A DNA stretch of 64,000 bases from Camelus dromedarius (lineage: Eukaryota), in NCBI RefSeq assembly GCF_036321535.1, contig NC_087437.1:115384001-115448000 (forward strand), written 5' to 3'. The translations under genes and the position numbers were made by a program. This document shows, piece by piece, positions 35,301 to 48,899 of this stretch. The notes below the pieces were generated by a model. That model was given only the letters and a program-made list of their open reading frames with translations, had not been told where the DNA came from and did no database searches. Numbering within the stretch: the first letter of the stretch is position 1; each line of letters opens with the position of its first letter.

Positions 35301-35867
35301 TTCTTACAAACAACACGTCAGACAGGAGAGACTCTGCCCCTCCCGCCTTTAGAGGCTCAAGCAAAACAAGGAAAGAGACAACAGCAGTCCTTACTCCTCT
35401 CTGCCAGCCTGAGAGACTTCACCTGGACACAGATACTGCTGCCCCATGGAGATGGGACCCGTGGTCATGGACTTAGTTGTGCACGCCAAGGCCTAATAGT
35501 TGAGGACCATCCTTGAGTCCTGCCAAGGACTCCCTGAGTCACATCATCTCTTCTTCACAGGTCTAACTCAGTTTTCTAGCTCTGTTTTTTAAGCACTCTC
35601 TAAGCCTTTTCTCCATTTTGTTGGTTTGTTTGTTTCAGGTTTATTTAAATCCCAGGATGAACTGTGTACTTTGGCAAGATCTAACGTCACACGTAATGTG
35701 AAAATTATCATAGCATGCTTTACCTTTAAAAAATTTTTTGTAGGTATTTTTTATTTTTCCCTTTCAGTATGATAAATATATGTGTATATGTGTGTATATA
35801 TATGTCCATAAATGCCAATTTACAGTCCTATCAGCAATGCATTAGAACACATCAAAATTTTTAAATT

Positions 35868-38510
35868 GTTTTTTTTTTTTGAAGTCTAGTTGATTTACAA
35901 TGTTGTGATAGCTTCAAGTGTATAGCATATGATTCAGTATTTTTGCAGATTATATTCCATTATAGATTATTAAAAGATAATGGGTATAATTCCCTTTGCT
36001 ATACAGTTTATCCTTGTTGCTCATCTATTTTATATATAGTAGTTTGTATCTGTTAATCTCATGCCTCTAATTTGTCCCTCCTCCCTTCCCTCTCCCATTT
36101 GGTAACCACAAGTTTATTTTCTATAACCGTGAGTCTGTTTCTGTTTTGCATATACATCCATTTGTATTATTTTTTAGATTCCACATATAAGTGATATCAT
36201 ATAGTGTTTATCTTTGTCTCACTTATTTCACTAAGCATAATCTTTAGTCTATCCACGTTGCTGCAAATGGTAGAATTTCATTCTTTTTTATGGCTAATAT
36301 TCTTATATATATGTATCATATATATATACAAATATTCTTATATATATATACACACACACATATATATACCACATCTTGAGTATTTTATTGGCTGTGGGTT
36401 TGTCATAAACGTTCTTTATTTAACATTGAGATGTTCGTCTATACCCACCATTTTGATGAGAGTTTTTATCATGAATGGGTGTTGAATTTTTTCAAATGCC
36501 TTTTATGCATCTATTGAGAAGATCATGTGTTTTCCTGTCTTTCGTTAATGTGGTATATCACACTGACTGAAGTGCATATGTTCAATCATCCTTGTGATCC
36601 TGGAATAAATCCAAATTGATCATGGCATATGATCCTTTTAATGCATTGTTGGATTCAGCTAGCTAATATTTTGTCGAAGATTTTTGCATCTATATTCATC
36701 AAAGATATTGGCCTATAATTTTCTTTTTTTGGTATTGTCTTTTTTTTTTTTTTTTTTTTGGTGGAAGCAGTGAAAGGGGAGGATAGAAAAGAACAGCTTC
36801 ATTGCTTTGCCAGGCAAAGGGAGGCAGGGCAGGCTAATGCCTTAAAGACTATGAGCCCCTTCTTCGTCTGGTTGGTATCAAGGTAATGGTGGCCTCACAG
36901 AATGAATTTGGGAGTGTTTCCTCCTCTTCAATTTTTGGAATAGTTTGAGAACTACAGTCATCTTTATACATTTGATAGAACTCCCCAGTGAGACCATCTG
37001 GTCCTGGACTTTTGTGTTTGTTTGTGGGGAGTTTTTAAATTACATATTCTATTTCACTTCTTGTTATCAGTCTGTTCAAATTGTGTTTCTTCTGAATCAA
37101 TCTTGCTAGGCTGTATGTTTCTAGAAATTTGACCATTTCCTCTAGGTTGTCCAATTTGTCGCCATGTAACTGTTCATAGTATTTTCTTATGACTTTTTGT
37201 ATCTCTGTGCTATTGGTTATTTCTCCTCAGGTTTCCTTTCTTACTGAGTTTATTTGGGTCTTCTCTCTCTTCTCAGTGAGCCTGGCTGGAGTTCTGTCAA
37301 TTTTGTTGATCTTTTCAAAAAACAGCTCTCGGTTTCATCGATCTTTTCTATGTTTTAAATCTGTTTTACTTACTTCCTCTCTAGTATTTACTGTTTCCTT
37401 CTTTCTGCTGACGCTGGGCTTTGTTCCTCTTTTCTAATTCTTTCACATGGTGGGCTGGGTTGTTTGAGACTTTCCTTGTTTCTTGAGGAAGGCCTGTGTT
37501 GCTATGAACGTCCCTTTTAGAACTGCTTTTGCTGCATCCCACAGATTTTGGAAAGTTGTTTTTTCATTTTTATTTGTCTCAAGGTGTTTTTTGATTTCTT
37601 CTTTGATTTCATCATTGACCCATTGATTTTTTAATGGCGTGTTGTTTAGTCTCCATGTGTTTGTTCTTTTCCTCCTTGTGTTTGGAACTAGTTGATTTCT
37701 AGTTTCGTATCATTGTGGTCAGAAAAGATGCTTGCTATTTCTATCCTCTTAAATTTTTTGAGGCTTTTTGTGACCTATTATATGATCTACCCTGGAGAAC
37801 GTTCCATGTGCACTTGAAATGAATGTGTATTGTGCTTTTTTTTTGGATATAGTGTCCAACTTATTTTGGATGTGTCCACTTAGTAAAGTCCAACTGGTCT
37901 ACTGTGTCACTTAGGATCTCTGTTGCCTTACTGATTTTCTGTCTGTATGATCTGTCCATTGATCTGTCAGAAATGTCAGTGATTAAAGTCTCCACTATTA
38001 TTGTATTGTTGTCACTTTCTCCTTTACATCTGTTAGTATTTGCTTTGTGTATTAATGTGCCCCTATATTGGGTGTGTATATGTTAACGAGTGTAATAGCC
38101 TCTGCTTGTATTGATGCCTTTATCATTACATAATGCCCTCCTTTGTCCTTCATTATAGCCTTTGTTTCAAAGTCTATTTTGTCTGATATGATTATTACTA
38201 CCCCTTCTTTCTTGTCATTTCCATTTGTGTGAAATACCTTTTTCCATCCCCTCAATTTCACTGTGTGTATATGTCTTTTGCCCTGAAGGGAGTCTCTTAC
38301 AGGCAGTATATTAAAAAGGGTCTTGTTTTTCAATCTAATTATTTACCCTGTATCTTTGACTGGAGCATTTAGTCTATTGACATTTAAAGTAATTGATAGG
38401 TATGTACTTATTGTCATTTTATTCCTTGTTTTCCAGTTGTTTTTGTATTTCTTCTTTGTTCATTTCTTCTTTTTGTTTTTCCCATTGTGGTTTCATGTTT
38501 GTTTTTAAAA
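35868..38510 (-). mobile_element. LINE-1 with 3' UTR fused near 36378 to mid-ORF2 (large internal deletion), extending to the endonuclease domain
   Basis: Poly-T plus gaagtctagttgatttacaatg 3' end. ORF 38052..38333 contains the L1 EN motif GWKKVFHTNGNDKKEGVVIIISDKIDF...GHYVMIK. Confidence 0.9.
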
Positions 38511-38849
38511 TCAAAACACATGGATAGGATAAAATTTCACATAGTACAGAAAGTAAAAAAAGAAAAAGAGAGAATTGTTCCTCTGTAACCCTCTACCCTG
38601 ATCCCATCCCAGAATAATCCACTTCTGAAAGTTTATTGTGGATACTTTCATGTCCACTTTGTATTTGCAAATGTGCACACTTTTCAAAATTACACAGATG
38701 AGATTGTTCTATATCCATCATTGTATACCTTGCTTTTCTCACTTTATGATGTATGTGACCTTTCCATATAAGTTCATACATATCTATCTTTTCCTATTTA
38801 ACAACTATCCAACATTATATCAGTACTGACATAACAAAATTTACTTAGC

Positions 38850-40010
38850 TACTATGATTTTCATCAAATTTGGAAAAATTTCAGTCATTATTCCTTCAAA
38901 CATTTGCCCCCACTCAATACTTTTTTTCTAGGGCTTCAATTATGTGTGTGACAGACCACCTGACCTCTTCCCACAGGTAGTGAGACTTTATTCAGTCAGT
39001 CATTTTTTCCCCTTCTGTGATTCAGTTTGGATAGTTTCGACTGTTCTCTTTTCAAGTTCACTGACTTTCTTCTGTAGAGCCTTTCTGTTATTAAGCTAAT
39101 CCTGTCAATTTTCATTTCAGATTTTTCATCTCAGAAATTGATTTGATTTTTAGTATCTTCAATTCCTTTTGTCCTAATATTCATGTTTCCGCGTAAGTCC
39201 TTAAGCACATTTTTAATAGTTTTAAATTTACCATCTGCTAATTTGATCATTTCTGCCATTTCTGGGTCTGTTTCTTTTGATTGACTTTTTGTTTATGGAT
39301 GACATTCTTCTGCTTCTTGGAATGTCTAGTAATTCTGTTTGGATGCTAGCTAGTGTATATTACACTGTTGGGTGTCTGGAATTTGTGGCTTCCTTTAAAG
39401 AGTGTTGAGTTTGTTTGGGCTGGCAGTTAAACTGCTTGCAGATCAGGTTGACACTGTCAAGACTTTGAAAAAAAACATTTTCTTCGGATGGGTTTAGATT
39501 AGTCCCACTACTTATGCAAAGCCCTTCTAGAATCTTCACTCTGGCTGTTTGGATTTAAATGTCTCCCAGTACTGTGTCTGCTCTGGGAATTATTCAGCTT
39601 ACAGATACTTAGTTTTTCCTTATTTTTTGGAGTTTCCACCCTATAAATACAAAACTAAGTTTTTAGCAACCCCTTGAACAGGGGAGCCCTTTCAGATTTC
39701 TGGTGCTCTTTCTGTATGTGTATTTCTCCTCTCCAGTATTCTGACTCCCAAATTCCAGCCACCTCAGTCTATCTAAACAACTATCTGACTCTTCAACTCA
39801 AGAGATGATGGGCTCTGATCAGTTCACCCTCCTTGTGCTATGGCCATGTGCAAAGCACATTTGTTTCTCTTTTTCTAGGGATCTCAGTCCTGCACTGACT
39901 GTTCCAATGTCTAAATGCAGGTGTTGCATATATTTTGAGTAGTTTTATAGTTGATTATGATTACAGGGCAACTCTGGTACCAGTTACTCCTTCATGTAAA
40001 AGCAGAAGTT
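38850..40010 (-). mobile_element. Old L1M ORF1/5' region relic
   Basis: tcaaatttggaaaaatttcagtcattattccttcaaa and ttcaagttcactgact..tcttct are typical reverse-strand old L1 ORF1 text. Confidence 0.65.
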
Positions 40011-40926
40011 CCTAGATGCTATTTAAAAAATTTGTATCTTTCATTATCACTAATTTTAAACCCCATGAGGGCGTAATGTTGATCTGTAAACAAAGATCTA
40101 GGTTATGTGTAGGCTTAGAATGTGTGTTGCACACTTTAATTTCTTTATAATACACCTATTAAATTTTTAATAAGGGAGCTAGGGAGATAATCAATCATGG
40201 ATGCTATCTCAAAAATTAGAAGCTTAATGGAGAAGAGAGCAAGCAGAAGAAAAGAGGTGATTTTATTTATAATTAAGGTGGAAATAACAAGCATATAATT
40301 AGTGAATGAACATTATTATATTTAAATTTTTTAAGTTTGAAATTTGACAAAATGCATCTCATTATGTCAAGCAATTCATTTAAACCTAGAAATTAAAGAA
40401 TGTATTAAAAGTGTTTTAAAAGTTGTTCATATTAAAATATTTGACAAGAGAGGACTTAAGTTTTACCTTTATCTAATTAATCTGTAAATTAATTGACTGA
40501 TGTGTAATACTGATTAGCAAAAAGTAACACCACAGAGAATTTATCATGGAGCTGAGCCAGGTTTTAGGTTTACTGAGTGTGACTTGCTGGTTTCAATCTG
40601 ATTCACTGGCAACAGGTTCTTTGTTTATCTCCTTGATTTATAAATACTTGGTATCCTTAGTTTCTATTGTTAGAAAAGAACATAAATGTGTAACACAGAG
40701 CCTGAACAGGAAAAGGATCACAGGCCATGTGACTGGCATTACAATTTTTCTCTAAATAAAAAGATTCTCACATTTCTGATTTCATACATTTCTGAATCAA
40801 AGAAAGGACTTACAGAATTTTATTCTCACATTTCTCTTAACAGAGAACTTATGGACTTTCAGTTTCACAAAAACCATGCTTTTTACCCCTATCACTAGGA
40901 ATCCCAGACAGTGGCTAATAATTTGA

Positions 40927-43042
40927 AATAAAAGGAATCTAAATTGGAAAGGAAGAAGTGAAACTGTCACTGTTTGCAGATAACATGATATTTACATAGA
41001 AAATCCTAAAGACGCCACCAAAAAACTACTAGAGCTCATCAACGAATTCAGTTAAGTTGCATGATACAAAAATAACAAAGAAATCTGTTGCATTTCTATA
41101 CACTAACAGTGAACTATCAGAAAGAGAAATTAAGGAAACAATCCCATTTACAATCACATTAAAAATAATAAAATACCTAGGAATAAGCCTACCTAAGGAG
41201 GTAAAAGACCCATACTCTGAAAACGATAAGAAACCAATGAAAGAAATTAAAGATGACGTGAACAGTTGGGAATATACACCATGGTCATGGATTGAAAGAA
41301 TTAATATTGTTAAAATGAACATACTACCCAAGGCAATCTACAGATTCAGTGTAATCCCTATCAAAATACCAATGGCATTTTTCACAGAACTAAAACAAAT
41401 AATTTTAAAATTTGTATGGAAACACAAAAGACCTTGAATAGACAAAACAATCTTGAAAAAGAAGCACAGAGCTGGAGGAATCACATTCCCTGACTCCAGG
41501 CTATACTACAAAGCTACAGTATTCAAAACAGTATGATACTGGCACAAAAAACAGACACAGAAATCAATAAATAGAAAGCCTAGAAATAAACCCACACATT
41601 TATGGTCAATTACTCTACAACAAAGCAGGCAAGAATATACAATGGAGAAAAAACAATCTCTTTAATAAGTAGTGCTAGTAAAAACTGGACAGGTACATGT
41701 AAAACAATGAAATCATAACTTTTTCCAACACCATATACAAAAATAAACTCAAAATGGATTAACGACCTAAATGTAAGACCTGAAATCATAAAACTCCTAG
41801 AATAAGCATAAGAAGAATGGCATAAATTGACATAAATCACAGCAATTTTTTTTGGATCTGTCCCTTAAGGCAAAGGAAACAAAAGCAAAAACAAACAAAT
41901 GGCACCTAATCACAAGCTCTTGCACAGCAGAGGAAATATACAACAAAATGGAAAGACAACCTATGAACTGGGAGAAAATATTTGCAAATGAAGATAAGGG
42001 GTTAATATCCAAAATATATAAACAGCTCATACAACCCAACATCAAAAAAACAAACAAAAAAACCCCACCAAACCACCTGATTAAAAATAGGCAGAAGGCC
42101 TGAATAGACATTTTTCCAAATAAGACATACAGATGGCCAACAGGTACATGGAAAGATGCTCAACATCATTAATCATCAGAGAAATGCAAATCAATAACAC
42201 AATGAGGTATTACCTGAACCTGTCAAATGACTGTTATCAAAAAGACAATAATAAGTATTGACAAGGATGTGGAGAAAACCATAATGAAGTATCACCTCAC
42301 ACCTCTCAGAATGGCTATCTTCAAAAAGTGTACAAATATCAAATGTTGGAGGATGAGGAGAAAAGGGAACTTCATATGCTATTGGTGCAAATGAAAATTG
42401 GTGCAGCCACTGTAGAAAACAATATGGAGGTTCCTCAAAAAATTAAAAATAGAACTACCATATGATCCAGCAATTCCCCTCCTGAGTATTTATTCAAAGT
42501 AAACAAAAACACTAACTCAAAAAGAAACATACACCCCTATATTCATTGCAGCATTTACAAGAGCCATGACATAGAAGCAACCTAAATGCCTATCTATACA
42601 TGGATAAAGAATATGCGACACACACACACACACACACACACACAGAGCAATATACTCAGACATAAAAAAGAGTATCGATGGACCCAGAGGGTATTATGCT
42701 TAGTGTAATAAGTCAGACAGAGAAAGACAAATACTGTGTTATCACATATGTGTGTTATTAAGAAATAAAACTAGTAAATATAACAAAAAAGAAAAAGACT
42801 CGCAGATATAGAGAACAAACTAGTGGTTAACAGTGGGGAGAGGGGAGTGGGGAGGGGCAAAAGAGGAGTACAGGATTAAGAGGTATAAACTACTATGTAT
42901 AAAATAAACAAGTTACAAAGATATATTATACAGCACAGGGAATATAGCCAATATTTTATACTAGCTATGAATGGGGTATAACCTTTAAAATTTGTGAATT
43001 AGTGTGTTGTACACCTGAAACTTACATAATATTGTAAATCAA
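40927..43042 (+). mobile_element. 5'-truncated LINE-1 (RT domain to poly(A)), inactive
   Basis: KLSLFADNMI at 40961-40990 (catalytic FADD changed to FADN). ORF 41057..41437 is L1 ORF2 (KYLGI). Ends in caataaaaaaaa. Confidence 0.93.
42618..42643. repeat. (AC)13 microsatellite inside L1
   Basis: Read directly from the sequence. Confidence 0.9.
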
Positions 43043-43554
43043 CTATACCTCAATAAAAAAAAGCAGGCAACTTATAAATAAAAATAAAATGACTCATGAA
43101 AAAATATCTATTTTACAAGCTTCTGATAATGATTACATGAAATAAGCTATGTAAAGTTTATAGCACAATACACCTGCCACATTAAGTGCTCAGTAAAGCT
43201 ACTAACTTAGTGTTGTAGAATATTTTTCTAACTGCTCTGTAGTCTATTCAAATATAAATAAAAGCTGCCATGGAATATATTTACATCCATATTCTAGGAT
43301 GGACTTAGGTCTGCATGCCAAGGAATTCCCCATTTCTATTTGATAGTCCAAACCAAAACATCTGGTTCTGGTATCTGAAAGGAATTGCAATAATTTTTTT
43401 TAAGCTAAGAGTATCCTATTTATAGATCATAACCCCTTATCTCCAGCTTTTCATTCTATAAAAAAAATGCATGTGTGAACTAATTATGTGAAATCTGCTC
43501 ATAAAAGATAGTCATTACCCACTAATTAAAAACACACCTAAGAATGTAAAAAAA

Positions 43555-43905
43555 AAAAAAAGGTATGAGGTACTGATACAGATTGCAATGCAGATGAGCC
43601 TTAAACACATGATGCTAAGTGACAGAAGCCAGGCACAAAAGACCACATAAGGTATGATTGCATTTATATGAAATATCCAGAAGAGGCAAGCCAACGGAGA
43701 CATAAAGTAGATTAATGGTTGCTTAGGATTTAAGAGAGGAAGGGTCTTACTGCTAATGGATTCAGGGTTTCTTTTTGGAGTAAAGAAAATGTTCCAAATT
43801 TGGATTTTGGTGACAGTTCCCCACTCTGTGAATATACAAAAAAGTATTGAAGTGTGTATTTTTAATGGGTAAATTTTATGGTTCATGAATTCTCTCTCAA
43901 TAAAG
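43555..43905 (+). mobile_element. L1MB-type 3' end fragment
   Basis: atgctaagtgacagaagccaggcacaaaagaccacata...atgaaatatccagaa, ending ctcaataaag. Confidence 0.75.
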
Positions 43906-44019
43906 ATGGTAACAAATAGACATATTCTGTGTATGACATAATCTATATGACTCTGTCCTTTTCTGTGTATTTGACATTTCCAAAGTTAAAGGTTAAAATA
44001 AAAGAATATATATCTTATG

Positions 44020-44345
44020 GCATCCAGCAAGACGATCTTCAATAGAGCTGGCACCTGGCATTGGACCTTTTTTCACCTTCATCCTTTCTCCTATCCTGCT
44101 GCCTGAAATGCAGATGTGATGGCTGGAACTAGCTGCTACTCCCTTAGACCATGAAGACAGGGGCCACAGCCTAGGAAAGGTGTCACAGTGAGCTGGAAGT
44201 AACCTGGATCTCTGAGGACATCTTGGCTCTGAGCTGCTATGCCAGCTCTGGACTACCTACCTGGGGATATTTAAGTGAGTCCTGTTTCAGCTACTCTAAT
44301 TTGGGAGACTCCTTTACTCACAGCTAATCCTAATTTTAACTGACA
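44020..44345. mobile_element. Old MLT1-type LTR relic
   Basis: ctgctgcctgaaatgcagatgtgatggctgga...gaccatgaag...ccagctctggactacctacct. Confidence 0.6.
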
Positions 44346-44349
44346 ATGT

Positions 44350-45250
44350 CAGATTTTTTTATCAGGGCTACACTGATTTCATAAAATAAATTGGGAGGGT
44401 TTTCATCCTTCTCTATAGCCTGCAACAGTTTAAATAGCAGAGGAACTATCTAATCTTTAAAGCTTCAACAGAAACCTGCTGTAAAACCATCTGGGCTTAG
44501 CACCTTTTCAGTGACATTTCTTTGGCAATTTTCTACTTTCTTCCATAAGCTATCATTTTAATTCTTTTCTGGAGTCACTCTGTATTTTATTGAAGTTTGC
44601 AAATTTATTAGCAGGAAAGGTGCATCCCATAATATAATTCTTATCAGGGTCCTTTTAATCTGAAATTATTCCTAGTATTACATATTTCTTTTTCCCCCTT
44701 TGTTTTATTTTGCTCTATTAAAAGGCCAGTTGAATTAGTCTTTTCAAAGGACAAACTCACAGCCTAATTTATAAATTTCCAGTGTTTTTACTTTCATGTC
44801 AATTAGTTCCTGCTTTTATCATTATTTCCTATTTATTTTGTTTTTCTAGACTTTTAGTTTGAATGCCTAACTCATTGGTTTTCATTCTCTCTGGTATAAT
44901 GAAAACATTTAAGGCTAAGAATTTTCCTCTGACTACAGCACTGGCCATAAAAAGCCCTTGCTATATGTATACTCATTTTCATTAAGTCTAAAGGGTCCAT
45001 AAGAGAAGTTTTGGTTTCCTCTTTGAAGAACGTTATAAAACTTACAAGTGGTTCTATTGAACTTGGTTTTCCTTTCAGATCAATTTTTAATTTTACTGCA
45101 CTACGGTACTGTATGTGGTGGGGGCATTCTATGTGTTAGAATTTTATTGAGTTTGTTTCTTTGCGGCATTTCATTTTTGCAAATTTTCCATGGATTAAAA
45201 AAAAACAAATTTTCTGTAAAATATAAAGCAACATGGTGGTGAACATTTTA
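44350..45250 (-). mobile_element. Highly degraded L1M ORF2 relic
   Basis: cataaaataaattgggag, tgtaaaaccatctgggc, tcttttcaaaggacaaact, aattttcctctga. Confidence 0.6.
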
Positions 45251-48200
45251 GGAAATAAATACTAAACTCAAATTTGTCTGCTCTTTTAATGTAGTGGATT
45301 TTGAATCTGAGTTTTCTTAAAAACATATTGCTATTGAAGCTATTTTAAAACAAAAATGAATATTCAAGATTTTTATTTTTCTGCTCTTTTCTACCACCCT
45401 TCCACAACTATGTCTGAGCACACCCCTTTCTTGTGTATCAGGCTGCAGGAAGTCTGGGCTGTGGGCCCAGCCTCCCCAAGGCGGCTGCTCACCTGCAGAC
45501 AGAAAAGCTTGTCCCATTCCTGTCACTTAGAGTTTGTGGTCTTGAAGCCCTAGTCCTCAGATGGGAGACAGTGGCCCCTGAGAAAGGAAGTGACCACGTC
45601 CCCCATCGTGGGGCCCTTTGTTGAACAAACCCTGCCTCTCAGTTACCCTCTTCTCCGGAGTTGCTTCTCCGTGGGCCTTCACGGTCTCAGCCACAGCTGG
45701 ACTTTGTCAAGGGAACCAGACAGAGGCCTCCTTTGGGGAAACGACAGGCAGATGACAGGCAAACCAAATGTTTTGGTGTTATCTCCGCCCTTGGTCTCCA
45801 TCAAGCCAGTGCTCTGACAAGTGTCTTAAAGCAGGCACGAATTATGTCTTTATGCTTTTCTAAGGACTTAAAACCTCCAGAGTATGTGTTTCTTCTGTTA
45901 CATGGAAAGCTTTAGAGGAACTGGCTGGGTTTGGCACAGAAAACCCCACCAAGTCAGAATCTTACCTACCTGGATGGGGGGCTCGGGCACTCCCACTTTA
46001 TCAGTGGCATTCACAGGAAAGCAGAGTTGGGCATCAGGGGTCCTCACTGAGCTTTCACGCCTCAGTTTGCACCCCCTCCACTATTTTCTAATAATTTGAC
46101 TGCTCCTTGTTAAGTGTAGGTTGATCAGCTTTAACTCTACAAATGAGGTGGCCTTGTCACCTAAAGTCACACTCTCTGAATACTCTAACTACTGACAGTC
46201 TCAAAAATAAATAGCTTTCAGGGGTCAGAGTAGGGAAGGTATCGACCTGGACCTTACTCTCACCTCCACCACTTAGACCCACAGACATTTTATTCTACCC
46301 AAGTGGCTAGTTTTGACAGTCTTGGGGTAACAGAAATATTTATATTCAAAATAAGGCCTTCCCTCCACAGAGCATTTTCCCAGGTAAGCGTTCTGCTGTG
46401 TAATTTTTCATCTCTCCTCTTATGCAGAGTCCCAACATAAGTCAGCTTGGGTAAGCCTTACCAGGGAAACAGATTTCTTCCCAGAAAACGTTCTACCTTT
46501 CTTGAAAGCCAGCTGGGAATTACGAAGAGTGACATCAGTAGCAATAGTTCATGAAGCAGTCAGCAATCGCTCCCCACGACCAAGACCACATGCACACTTA
46601 GGCCACGGCTACCTGCCTAGTTCTCACTGCAGGTAACGTGAAGCCAAGACTCAGCTGAGCAGCGTGGCCTGGGCAGGTCACAGCTTCTGTGCGCTTGGCT
46701 GAGTGGGACTAACACCCCCTAAGAAGGCTACCGCGAGGTCACTTACCAAAGCACGTTGTAGTGCCCTGAACAGGCCTAGAACATTCCCTGATATTTTCAC
46801 TCTATGTAAAGGAAATCAAGACTAGGATGTGGTTTTCCCTTGGACTTCCGGGTCTTTAACCACTCACCTCATTCTTAAACTGGACACAGCTGCAAATCGT
46901 ATCCTTAGTCTCACTTCATCTTGTTTGACTCAGCTGAGCAGAACTGATGGCGTGTGGTGGGGAAAAGCAAGTCACCAACGTGGCAAAGTGGAGTCCAGAC
47001 ACAGCAAGGTGACGGAGACCGGGCCTCGTGCAGGTAAAACTGTACCAGGCTGAACAGCTGCTCCCCGGGGGGAGGTGAGGTGTGCGGAGACACGGATGGG
47101 GGCTTTCCCACAACCCCCTCATCTGTAAGTTGGGTGGGCGGCAGTTCCCGCCTCGTAAGGCAGGAACTACACAACTAAATAAGGGAACATGTGCACGGCA
47201 CTCAGAACAGGGTCTGGTCCAGAGTAACTAACATTGTCCAGTCCCTGCTCTTGTTAGGTGCAAAGCCACGGTTGGTATGTTAACCTCCAGCAACTGCAAA
47301 CCATCCCAGGGGAGCCTCCGGTGCAGGAGCGGCATGCAGCCCACCCCTCAGGAACGGGAGGGTGGCCTTCCTTGAGGCAGGACCCCTGCAGGTCTCAAGG
47401 ACGTTTGGGAGCCGGCACCAGACACGCGAGCCCGCAGCAGCCCTCCTCCCAAAACAGGCCGGCTGCATTAGGGCTGTCATCACGGAGTTCATCTCAGCAT
47501 TGACACTTCTCCAAGGAAAGCCTAAACTAGTCTTTTTAATCCCCTGCTCGGTTAGTGACAATGCAAACCAGCCCACTTTCCTACCACTCTGCTCAGGGAG
47601 CTTTTACTGGGTAGGGCTGGGTCCAGCTGGGTCCCGGGACCGCTGGCCACACAGCAATGGCTCCTGGGAGTGCTGGGTCTACACCTGCCCTGGCCCTTGA
47701 CCAGATGGGCCCCGGCACGGGTCTGGACCCCTGAGCGTGCTGACGTCGTCCTGGCTCATGGGCATGAAGGGTGGGCACGAAGGTGAAAGGAGTGTTTCTT
47801 CATCCTATGCACGTGGACCTCGGGCCCCCCGAGAGGCAGGGGTGGGACTGGGCCCTGTGAGGGTGAACTCCCACCCATCCCGCCACTGGCTTCAGGCTGA
47901 GCTGCCGCCGCCAGGACACCCAGCAACCCAGTGGTTTGAAGATGCGTCCATTTCTGCCCCTCTCCTGTGATGGTGACCGAGGTGGGAGGTGGGCTGCTCT
48001 GCTCACATGTTCATTGTGCTGTGATCCAGCACAGTCCAGGCCAGGACACAGCCTGGTCCTGGTCCAGCCGTGGGAAGGGGCCCGTGTCGTCCTTGTCACA
48101 TGATCACACCTAGCTGCAAAGGAGCTGGGTGTAAGTGCCCAGCCAGGCAAGTGTGCGTCCACGGAAATGCAACATTGCTTCTGAACAGGATGGGGAATGA

Positions 48201-48899
48201 GAGGGGGCTGTGGAGAGCACTGGCAACCCACCACAGCCCAAACCACGGCCAGCACAGGGAGGGGATCTTACCCCAAAGGTTTTACAGGTAATTCAGACTC
48301 AGACTCAGGAATTAGGAGACTCCAGTGATGAAGGCAGAAATGACATCACGGTTCTACCTCCCTACCAGCTACTGGAGCAGGTGGGCTCGGGATATGAACA
48401 CCGGATGCAGTCAGGCGCGATGCTTGTACTTTTTAAAATGTTTTCTCTCTGGTTTACCCCTCCACCTTTACTGTGGAACCTACGAGTCGGCTGAGAACTG
48501 GAGCTGGGCCCTATTTTTGCTGGGGCTCTAAGAGCCAAAAGATGCTCCTACCTGAATGGGCATTTCTAAAAAAAATACAGTTTCAGATTCACGGTTCACG
48601 GGCTCTTTCCTTCACCTCCCCTCCTCTGGCTCTAATGTGAGACTCTGACAGTGGACACCCCAGCTCCAGCCGGGGCAGCAGCGGGAGGGCTGCTGTCCAA
48701 GACACTCAACCATTCAAGCTTTCCTTAAAAACCCACGGTGCAAGGGTCCGACCAAGAAGGGGAAGGGAATGGCCCTTCCTTGTGCCCCTTGGGGTTGAAT
48801 GAAATGATAAAGGTGATAATTTTAAAGCTGCCGGGCTGCTGTCAGCTCTTCAGGTGATAATTATTCCCTAAGGAAAGGACTCATCATATTTCCGTCCAT

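Noticed and set aside
41057..42103. Reverse-transcriptase-like ORFs
   Set aside because: Fragments of a truncated L1 with frameshifts, stops and a mutated FADD motif. Not an active element or a domesticated gene.
47200..48500. GC-rich stretch that might correspond to human DSCR9 exons
   Set aside because: I cannot recognise DSCR9 sequence from memory and there is no ORF or splice evidence, so it is left uncalled.
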